Positions 50,903 to 58,724 of a stretch of DNA of 64,000 nucleotides are shown here, one piece after another. The translations under genes were made by a program, and so were the position numbers. The notes under the pieces are model-generated. The model was not told the origin of the DNA and ran no database searches. It saw only the letters and a list, made by a program, of their open reading frames with translations. Source of the stretch: Candidatus Moraniibacteriota bacterium (GTDB lineage: Bacteria > Patescibacteriota > Minisyncoccia > Moranbacterales > GCA-2747515); NCBI GenBank assembly GCA_942490825.1, contig CALNYG010000005.1, positions 6,240 through 70,239 on the forward strand, given 5' to 3'. The first letter of the stretch is position 1, and the number at the start of each line of letters is the position of its first letter.

Positions 50903-50943
50903 ATACCTACCCCTATGGTACAGGTATGTTAACATTTTGTCAA
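50903..50943 (-). promoter_or_regulatory. Promoter with an overlapping CsoR-type operator palindrome
   Basis: On the minus strand, TTGACA (50943-50938) is followed by 17 nt and TACCAT (50920-50915). The inverted repeat ATACCT-N13-AGGTAT (50903-50927), with a CCCCTATGG core, resembles ATACC...GGTAT CsoR boxes. Confidence 0.45.
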
Positions 50944-50963
50944 TAGCACTTTAAAACCGACAA

Positions 50964-50995
50964 AATAAAAAACAACGCTTTCACGTTGTTTTTGT
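50964..50995 (-). terminator. Terminator after hpf
   Basis: aacaacg / cgttgtt stem followed, on the minus strand, by a T-run. Confidence 0.6.
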
Positions 50996-51020
50996 TTAAA
51001 TTAAAATATCATTTTAGAAA

Positions 51021-51377
51021 TTAAAATCTGGCATCCTCATCAATAGTCATTTTCTTTTTGATAGACCTACCTCCTCTTTCTTTTAAATCTCTATTCTTTT
51101 CTTTAAATCTTCTAATTTGTTTTTTTAATTCTTCTTCAATAATATCTATGCACTCATTGAAAGTTACACCATGATTTTCTGCTTGAAAATCAACATCTTT
51201 TTCGGAAAAAATAGAGACTTTCATGAAAACTTTATTGTTTTCTTTTCTATTGGAAACTTCTACTTTTACTTCTGATATTTCTAATAATTTTTCTACTGAG
51301 TTTATTTTGTCTTCTATATACTTAGTTACTTCCTTTTCTAAAGGGTCTATGTTCTTATAATAGTATTTTATATTCAT
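51021..51377 (-). CDS. hpf: Ribosome hibernation promoting factor (HPF/RaiA family, short form)
   Basis: 118 aa. The LEKEVTKYIEDKINSVEKLL...VEVS...VSIF...AENHGVTFNECIDIIEEELKKQIRRFKEK pattern is typical of the sigma54-modulation/HPF fold. Confidence 0.8.
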   Translation of the reverse strand: MNIKYYYKNIDPLEKEVTKYIEDKINSVEKLLEISEVKVEVSNRKENNKVFMKVSIFSEKDVDFQAENHGVTFNECIDIIEEELKKQIRRFKEKNRDLKERGGRSIKKKMTIDEDARF

Positions 51378-52096
51378 TGTTTTGGTTGCTTAATTTTTAA
51401 TTAATTTACTGTTGCTTTTATTTTAGCATATTTTGGCTTGTTTTTTAAGCTGTTTATTTTTGTTTTGATTATTAATGTAAGATTTGGTTATTTTTTAGTT
51501 TTTTAAAAGTGTTTTTTATTCTGCTTTGTGATTGTTTTGGGATTGGGTTGATTGGAAGTTATTTTTTAAATTTTTTATACTTATTTAACTGAGCATCATT
51601 TATCTTTTTAATTAAATCATAAGAGACAACTTTGGGGGATTTTCTTTCAGCAACTTCTTTAACAAAATTTATTTTTCTTTTAAATTCATTTTGATTATTA
51701 TATGAAGCATCCGTCCATTTTTTAAGAACTAACACAAAAGCTCCTTTGCTTATTTTTCTTAAATCTGTAATTGAAATATTTTTAATTTTGCTTTTGTTAT
51801 TTTTTTGAAGTTCTTTAATATTCTCATCAAAATGAGAAACTAACCCTAAACTTTTTGAAGTTCCAAAAAAATGAACTAGATTATTTCTTAAATCTACTAA
51901 ATTTTTCGAACTAAAATTTCTTCTCTTTGGATTGTTTTTTATCCAATCATTATTTTCACATAAACAAAATTCATCAAAAAATAATCTCATTGAATTTTCA
52001 GAAGCATCTCTTAATTTTAATTCATCGCTAGTTTCATTTTTATATGCTGTCCAAAAAGTTCTCAAAATTTCTAATTTTGCAAATAATACAGGCTCT

Positions 52097-52918
52097 TTAA
52101 CATCTTTGGGCAACTAAATTTAAGAAAATTGTCATCGGAAGAATACAAAATAATAATCTTTTACAAAAACGTTCAACATTTCTAATCCCAAAATGATTCC
52201 TTTTAATTCTTTCAAAATGATTATGAATTCCTTCAGTATAAGCATTAGTTGTTTTAGATAAATAATAATTTAATATTTCATCAAACCATCTTGTTAATGT
52301 ATTAGCCAAATCTTTCATATATTTTGATTCTGAAGTTTTACAAAGACTGATGACATATTTTAATTGTTTTTGAGCTTCTTTTCTGTTATTTTTCCAATAT
52401 ACTTTTCTGAGTTGATGAATTATTTTCCAACTTTGTTTTAACTTAGGAACTTTAACAAAAACTTTTTCTAATTTATTAAATTCTTCAATTGTTAATTTGT
52501 GTGTAGGTATCATCAGTAATTTATTTATTTTATAAGATTCATTGTTGATGTCTTGAAAAACTTTCTTTTGTTCTTTTAATAAAAAGACAGCCCACTGAAT
52601 TATATGAAAATGATCAATCACAATAACCGCATTAGGAAAACATTCTTTAATAATAGCTGGAAAAAAAGAGTCCATATCAATACATACTTCTTTAACTGCT
52701 AATCTAAATTTTAAATCAATTTTTAATAATTCTTTCAGCAATTCTTTTTGTGATAAATTTGGTAGAACACCTATCACCTCATTATCAATTAAATTAGTAA
52801 TGTTAAAAACTTGTTTTCTTTTGCTAACTCCTTTGCCATCCATTCCAATTCTTTGAATAGATTTATCCCAAATTAATGAAGTATTTACCATTTCATCAAT
52901 CATTCTCAGAGCCGACAT
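52097..52918 (-). CDS. ISL3 transposase orfB (copy 3)
   Basis: 273 aa with the TEG motif intact. Confidence 0.85.
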   Translation of the reverse strand: MSALRMIDEMVNTSLIWDKSIQRIGMDGKGVSKRKQVFNITNLIDNEVIGVLPNLSQKELLKELLKIDLKFRLAVKEVCIDMDSFFPAIIKECFPNAVIVIDHFHIIQWAVFLLKEQKKVFQDINNESYKINKLLMIPTHKLTIEEFNKLEKVFVKVPKLKQSWKIIHQLRKVYWKNNRKEAQKQLKYVISLCKTSESKYMKDLANTLTRWFDEILNYYLSKTTNAYTEGIHNHFERIKRNHFGIRNVERFCKRLLFCILPMTIFLNLVAQRC

Positions 52919-52971
52919 AATGCTTATCTGTCTAGATCTAGCTAGTCCGCTATATGTGGTTTCTCTTAATT

Positions 52972-53292
52972 CTATGACAGAGTTTTTTTAAAAGCTGTGC
53001 TCATTTGTTGCCCTTTTTTAACTTGAGGTAAAGATTCCCAAAGTTTCTTTTTATGTTTAGAAAAATAAAATCTTCTTTGAGTAATAGCTATAAAAACTTT
53101 TTTATTTTCAAACATAGAATGAGCAATTATTCTATTTCTTTTTTGATTAATTTTTTTACTTACCTCATTTTTTAATTTAAATGAATTCTTTTGTAAATGA
53201 CAATGTAAAATTATTTTATCATTTTTTTCTTCAAATTTATCTAAAATATATCCTTCTAAATTGAATATTTTTTTAATCTCTTTTTTTTGCAT
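52972..53292 (-). CDS. ISL3 transposase orfA (copy 3)
   Basis: Identical 106-aa product. T7 run at 52983-52989. Confidence 0.75.
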   Translation of the reverse strand: MQKKEIKKIFNLEGYILDKFEEKNDKIILHCHLQKNSFKLKNEVSKKINQKRNRIIAHSMFENKKVFIAITQRRFYFSKHKKKLWESLPQVKKGQQMSTAFKKTLS

Positions 53293-53610
53293 TTTTAAAA
53301 TATTAAATTATTAAAATAACTTAATATTTAAGCATAGAATTTAACAAATTTCAATACTTAGCTTTGCCCAAAGATGTTAAAGAGCCATAATACAATAGCA
53401 TAAGATCTCACCGGCAAATTAAACTCTAGTTTTTTACTAATCAAATTTGGATTTTCTGAAGCTTTATAATTAAAATCAATCTTTGCTTCTTTTAATTTAT
53501 TGCTAAGAAATAATGTTAAATCCATCATTTCTAAAAAGCTTTTTCTTAAATCTTCTAGCTGGTTTTGAAAATTTAAAGGGACCCTTCAACAAAGTGTGTC
53601 CATCGCCCAT

Positions 53611-54804
53611 TTAACCTTTCTTAATTTTATTAAAATATTTAAAATTAGAAACAGGATATTTCATATAATTTTTTTCTTCAAACTCCTTAATAACCATAAA
53701 TACATAGTCCAATAATCTTTCGGGAGATTCAAATGATAATTTATTCTTTGTAGTTTTTCTAATTTGCCTATTCAAATTTTCAATTGAATTAGTTGTATAA
53801 ATCATTCTTCTTACTCGAGGATTGAATTTAATATATGTAAAATAATATTCAATTTCTGTAAAATGATTTTTAAAATTTGGATATTTTGTTTTCCATTTTT
53901 CTAAAAAATTATTTACTTTTTTCAAGGCTTTTTCAATTGTATCATTTTCTTCAAAATTATTAAATATTTCTTTTAAATCTTCTCCTATTTCTTTTTTATC
54001 TTTCGGTCTTGTTTTGTTTAAAATATTTCTTTGTTTATGAACTACGCACTTTTGAAATTCTCCTTGGGGATATATTTCTAAAAATACATTTTCTAAATTT
54101 TTTAATCCATCAGCTACAAATAAATCTATTTGTTGAACACCTCTTTCTTCTCTTAAATCTTGCAATAATTCTTTCCAAAATTCTGCTGATTCGGTTGGAT
54201 TTTGACTTAAACAAAGCAATTCTCGTCTATTATCTTCTCTTACTCCAAAAGCAATAAATACACCTTCCTTAGCGTATTCATCACCTCTTCGCACAGTAAT
54301 GAAAATTACATCTCCATAAACAACTTTGTAATGTTTTTCTAATTTGGAATTTTGCCAAGCTATTCTAAATTTATTAAATACTTTTGCTAAATTAGATATC
54401 TTAGCAGGAGACATGTTTTCTTCAAAAATTTCATTTAAAAATTCATTAATGTCATTGGAAGTCATTCCTTTTTTATATAAAGATAAAGCTATTTCATCTA
54501 CTTTTTCTCTGTTAATTTTTAAAAGTTCTAGTGTTGCTGGAGAGAATAATCCTGTTCTAGTTCTTGGAATATGAACAAGTAATGAGTTTTTTGATAATGA
54601 ATTCATAGCTCTTCCGTATGATCCATTTCCTTTATCTTTTTTAGTTTTATTAATATCTTCTAAATACTCATCTCTTTCTATTAGCATTAAGGTTTCTATT
54701 GTTTTTCCTATGAATTTATCCATTGATAAATCTTCTAGATTTTCTCTTAAGTTTTTTATGTTTTTTTCTAATAATTCTTCGGTTCTATTTTTCTTGTCTG
54801 ACAT
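53611..54804 (-). CDS. IS256-family (Mutator-type) transposase
   Basis: 397 aa. YGDVIFITVR...LFVADGLKNLENVF...QKCVVHKQRNILNK...IYTTNSIENLNRQIRK matches the IS256/MULE DDE pattern. Confidence 0.9.
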   Translation of the reverse strand: MSDKKNRTEELLEKNIKNLRENLEDLSMDKFIGKTIETLMLIERDEYLEDINKTKKDKGNGSYGRAMNSLSKNSLLVHIPRTRTGLFSPATLELLKINREKVDEIALSLYKKGMTSNDINEFLNEIFEENMSPAKISNLAKVFNKFRIAWQNSKLEKHYKVVYGDVIFITVRRGDEYAKEGVFIAFGVREDNRRELLCLSQNPTESAEFWKELLQDLREERGVQQIDLFVADGLKNLENVFLEIYPQGEFQKCVVHKQRNILNKTRPKDKKEIGEDLKEIFNNFEENDTIEKALKKVNNFLEKWKTKYPNFKNHFTEIEYYFTYIKFNPRVRRMIYTTNSIENLNRQIRKTTKNKLSFESPERLLDYVFMVIKEFEEKNYMKYPVSNFKYFNKIKKG

Positions 54805-54963
54805 GATTTTATTATTAAATTTATTAATTTAATTTTACTATCAGACACAATTTTGTGAAGGGTCTCAATAATTCTTCGGTTCTATTTTTCTTGTCTGACA
54901 TGATTTTATTATTAAATTTATTAATTTAATTTTACTATCAGACACAATTTTGTGAAGGGTCTC
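54770..54963. repeat. Perfect 97-bp tandem duplication of the IS256 end
   Basis: 54770-54866 and 54867-54963 are identical. Each unit holds the terminal IR plus the first 35 nt of the transposase ORF. Confidence 0.95.
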
Positions 54964-55032
54964 CAATAATTTTAAAGCTCTTAATTCTTATTCTACAATT
55001 TTTAAAAGAAAAAATCTAATTTTTACAAAAAT

Positions 55033-55060
55033 AAAAACCCACTCCGAAAAGTGGGTTTTT
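55033..55060. terminator. Terminator after rpoC
   Basis: aaaaacccac / gtgggttttt, a perfect 10-bp stem with an 8-nt loop, flanked by T-runs on the minus strand. Confidence 0.7.
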
Positions 55061-55086
55061 AAAAAGATCAGTTTATCCAATCAAGT

Positions 55087-58000
55087 CTATTCTTTTTTTT
55101 CTGCTTTTTCTGCCTTTCCGCCACGGAAACCAGTTCCAGCAGGAATAAGCCGACCAATAATCACATTCTCCTTTAGACCTCTCAAACGATCCTCTTTACC
55201 AGTTACAGCTGCATTAATAAGAACCTGAGCAGTCTGCTGGAATGAAGCTGAACTCAAGAATGATTCAGTAGAAAGAGCAACTTTAGTAATACCTAAAATC
55301 ATTTGATCTCCATCAGCCTCTTCACCATCAGTTTTCCCAACCTCATCATTAGCTTCAATAAATTCATCCCTCTCAATAATATCACCAGGTATCAATGTGG
55401 TATCACCCGATTCCACAATTTGAACACGAGATAACATTTGACGGATGATTACTTCAACATGCTTATCATTAATTGCCTCACCTTGAGACGCATAAATTTC
55501 CTGAATTTCTTTAACAATATAACGATGAACACTTTCTCGTCCCATAACACTATAAAGTTTTTTCAAATCAATATGACCATCATTAAGTTGAGATCCTTTT
55601 GTAATCAAATCACCAGTAGCAACCTTAATAGTTGATCCAGCTGAAATGTTATACTCTTTATTCTTAGCTTTCTTGTCAGTCCCTTCAACAATAACTTTAA
55701 TAAATTTACCACCATCATCATGAACATTTACTACTTTTCCATCAAGGTCACTAACAATAGACTCTCCCTTAGGAGGTCGAGCTTCAAAAATTTCTTCAAC
55801 ACGAGGCAAACCTTGTGTAATATCAGAACCAGCTACACCACCAACATGGAAAGTACGCATAGTCAACTGTGTTCCTGGCTCACCAATTGCCTGAGCAGCC
55901 ACTACACCAACTGATTGTCCTAATTCAACTACTCCTCCACGACCTAAATCAATTCCGTAACACTTCTGACAAACTCCTCGCTTAGTCTTACATGTTACAA
56001 TATTTCTTATTTTAATTTTCTTTAATTTAGATTTTTCAATAGCCTTAGATTCTTTGTCACCAATTAATTCACCCTTCTTTACAATCACTTTATCAGTTTT
56101 TGGATGAGTTATGTTTTCAACTGCTACTCGACCTTCAACTCGTAAAGAAAATTCCATACCTATTCGATCAGAATCTTCACGATAAATATACCCACCTTCT
56201 TTGTCTTTACAGTCTTCTTCAATTACAATAATATCTTGAGAAACGTCCACTAAACGTCGAGTCAAATAACCTGCAGTCGCTGTACGCAAAGCTATATCAG
56301 CCATACCCTTACGAGCTCCATGAGTAGAAATGAAATATTCCAATACATCTAACCCTTCTTTATATGAGCTTCTAACTGGTAATTCTAGAGTTTCACCTGT
56401 AGCTCCAGCCATCAAACCTTTCATACCTGTCATCTGTACGATAACTGACTCACTACCTCGAGCTTTAGAATGAGACATTGCGTAAACTGGACCTTCTTTA
56501 TCGATAGACTCCCTAATTGATTCTGTAATTTCTTCCTTAGCATTATTCCAAACTTCAATAGATCGGTTACGTCGCTCTTCGTTAGTAAGCAATCCCATAT
56601 TGTATTGCTCTTTAACTTCTTCAACTTTCTTTTTAGAGCGACTTATTATTTCTCCTTTATTTTCAGGAACAACTAAATCGTCCATTCCCCAACTAATTCC
56701 AGAATGAGTTACACTAGAAAATCCAAGGTCTTTTACTTTATCAATAAAAATAGCTGCCTCATCTTGACCAAATAATTCAATAATTTGAGCAAGAACCTCT
56801 TTCAATTCTTTTTTAGTAAACTCTTCATTAATAAATTGTAATTTTTTAGGTAAAATATCATTGAATAATGCCCGTCCTGCTGAAGTTGTATAAACTTTTT
56901 TATTGTATAAAAGTTTAATTTCAGCATTTACATCGATAACATCATTTTGATAAGCAGAAATTGCCTCATCCATATCAGCGAATAATTTACCCTCTCCTTT
57001 AGCTCCTTTTTTAATATGTGTTATATAATAAACACCTAAAACCAAATCTAAACTTGGAGTAGCAATCGGCTCACCATTAGCAGGCTTTAATAAGTTTTTA
57101 CTTGAAAGCATTAATTCTGCACATTCCTTTCTTGCCTCAGCTGTTAAAGGAACATGAACCGCCATCTGATCACCATCAAAGTCAGCATTAAAAGCTGCAC
57201 AAACCATTGGATGAACCTGAATAGCTTTACCTTCAATAAGAACTGGCTGGAAAGCCTGAATTGACAAACGATGCAAAGTTGGTGCACGATTTAACATTAC
57301 ATAATGATGTGGAATAATGTCATCCAAAATTTCATAAGCTTCTTCAGTTGCTAAATCAACCATTCGTCCAGCTGTACGCACATTATGAGCATACTCTCTT
57401 TCGATTAGTTTATTGATAATAAATGGCTTAAAAAACTCCAATGCCATCTTTTTAGGAATACCAGCTTGATGTAATTTTAGTTGAGGTCCAACCACAATCA
57501 CACTTCGCCCTGAATAATCAACACGTTTTCCTAATAAGTTTTGTCGAAAACGACCCTGTTTTCCCTTTAAGGAATCAGCTAAAGATCGTAATGCTCTCTT
57601 CTGTCCTGTTGAAGCTGCTACTGAAGCTTGTCCTCTTCGTGCACTATTATCAAAAAGTGCATCTACTGCTTCTTGCAACATTCTTTTTTCATTTCGAGCA
57701 ATAACTTCTGGCGCATTTAAACTAATCAATTTTTTCAATCGATTGTTTCGGTTAATAATTCTTCGATAAAGATCGTTTAAGTCAGATGTAGCAAACCTAC
57801 CTCCATCTAAAGCAACCATCGGTCTTAAATCTGGTGGAATAACTGGAATTACTGTTGGAAGCATCCACTCTAATTTCAATTCAGCTTTAACAATTCCTTG
57901 GAAAAATTTTAATCTCTTCAAAGCTTTTTTTCGTTGAATTGAATCCACTTCTTCTAATTCCGCTCGAATACCTTTGATAGTCTTGTCTACATCCATCTCT

Positions 58001-58680
58001 CTAAGAATATCTCTAATTGCTTCTGCTCCAATTCCAGCCTTAAAAGTCTGTCCAAAACTAGTTGATAATTTGAAATATTCTACTTCATTTAAAACTTGGT
58101 ATAAATTAATATTCTTTAAAGAATCTTTTTTGTCTTTATACTGAGCTTTTAATTCTTCAACTGCATCCTCATCCTCATTCTTTTTAAATTCTTTTAGTTT
58201 AGTTTTGTATTCGCTTTCTAAAGTTTCAAGTGCTTGTTTACGTGATTCTACATCAACATCAGTGATAATATAAGATGAAAAATAAATAACCTTTTCTAAA
58301 GCTTGCGGAGACATTCCTAAAGCTAATCCAATCTTACTTGGAATTCCTCGTAAAAACCAAATATGCGAAACTGGAACTGCTAATTCTATATGCCCCATTC
58401 TCTTTCGTCGAACGATGCTTCTAGTCACCTCAACTCCACATTTATCACAAACGATTCCCTTGTATCGAATACGCTTATATTTTCCACAATAACACTCCCA
58501 ATCTTTAGCTGGTCCAAAAATTCTTTCACAGAAAAGACCATCCATTTCGTAACGCTGAGTACGATAATTAATAGTTTCTGGCTTAGTAATTTCTCCATCT
58601 GACCATTTAAGAATAGCTTCTGGGCTAGCCAGTTTTAATCTAACTCTATCGAAATCATTAACTTTTGTTACATTCTCCAT
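55087..58680 (-). CDS. rpoC: DNA-directed RNA polymerase subunit beta'
   Basis: 1197 aa. Zn-finger CYCGKYKRIRYKGIVCDKCGVEV, catalytic NADFDGDQMAVH, and trigger-loop and bridge-helix regions are present. Confidence 0.97.
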   Translation of the reverse strand: MENVTKVNDFDRVRLKLASPEAILKWSDGEITKPETINYRTQRYEMDGLFCERIFGPAKDWECYCGKYKRIRYKGIVCDKCGVEVTRSIVRRKRMGHIELAVPVSHIWFLRGIPSKIGLALGMSPQALEKVIYFSSYIITDVDVESRKQALETLESEYKTKLKEFKKNEDEDAVEELKAQYKDKKDSLKNINLYQVLNEVEYFKLSTSFGQTFKAGIGAEAIRDILREMDVDKTIKGIRAELEEVDSIQRKKALKRLKFFQGIVKAELKLEWMLPTVIPVIPPDLRPMVALDGGRFATSDLNDLYRRIINRNNRLKKLISLNAPEVIARNEKRMLQEAVDALFDNSARRGQASVAASTGQKRALRSLADSLKGKQGRFRQNLLGKRVDYSGRSVIVVGPQLKLHQAGIPKKMALEFFKPFIINKLIEREYAHNVRTAGRMVDLATEEAYEILDDIIPHHYVMLNRAPTLHRLSIQAFQPVLIEGKAIQVHPMVCAAFNADFDGDQMAVHVPLTAEARKECAELMLSSKNLLKPANGEPIATPSLDLVLGVYYITHIKKGAKGEGKLFADMDEAISAYQNDVIDVNAEIKLLYNKKVYTTSAGRALFNDILPKKLQFINEEFTKKELKEVLAQIIELFGQDEAAIFIDKVKDLGFSSVTHSGISWGMDDLVVPENKGEIISRSKKKVEEVKEQYNMGLLTNEERRNRSIEVWNNAKEEITESIRESIDKEGPVYAMSHSKARGSESVIVQMTGMKGLMAGATGETLELPVRSSYKEGLDVLEYFISTHGARKGMADIALRTATAGYLTRRLVDVSQDIIVIEEDCKDKEGGYIYREDSDRIGMEFSLRVEGRVAVENITHPKTDKVIVKKGELIGDKESKAIEKSKLKKIKIRNIVTCKTKRGVCQKCYGIDLGRGGVVELGQSVGVVAAQAIGEPGTQLTMRTFHVGGVAGSDITQGLPRVEEIFEARPPKGESIVSDLDGKVVNVHDDGGKFIKVIVEGTDKKAKNKEYNISAGSTIKVATGDLITKGSQLNDGHIDLKKLYSVMGRESVHRYIVKEIQEIYASQGEAINDKHVEVIIRQMLSRVQIVESGDTTLIPGDIIERDEFIEANDEVGKTDGEEADGDQMILGITKVALSTESFLSSASFQQTAQVLINAAVTGKEDRLRGLKENVIIGRLIPAGTGFRGGKAEKAEKKE

Positions 58681-58724
58681 AGTTTTAATTTTAAGGTCAA
58701 TTATAAAGTTTAATTAAAAAGTAT

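Larger units (their letters stand above)
52091..53386 (-). mobile_element. ISL3-family insertion sequence, copy 3 (1296 bp), with intact 8-bp TSD
   Basis: IRs at 52091-52113 and 53364-53386. The direct repeat ATAATACA occurs at 52083-52090 and 53387-53394. Confidence 0.95.
51559..53528 (-). pseudogene. HEPN-motif gene split by ISL3 copy 3
   Basis: The N-fragment (53387-53528, MMDLTLFLSNKLKEAKIDFNYKASENPNLISKKLEFNLPVRSYAIVL) and the C-fragment (51559-52090, FAKLEILRTFW...VDLRNNLVHFFG...) join in frame once the IS and one TSD copy are removed. The MPKDVKEPV start of the tracked ORF is read out of the IS terminal repeat. Confidence 0.8.
53578..54963 (-). mobile_element. IS256-family insertion sequence, copy A, with a tandemly duplicated transposase-proximal end
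   Basis: The imperfect IRs are GGGACCCTTCAACAAAGTGTGTC (53578...) and the reverse complement of GAGACCCTTCACAAAATTGTGTC (...54866, and again ...54963). It contains an intact 397-aa transposase. Confidence 0.85.

Noticed and set aside
53570-54971. Target-site duplication or swapped-TSD evidence for the IS256 copies
   Set aside because: The flanks of copy A (aatttaaa and caataatt) are neither direct repeats nor reverse complements of the inner flank of copy B (aaaatttt). The outer flank of copy B lies beyond the window, so no inversion or TSD claim can be made.
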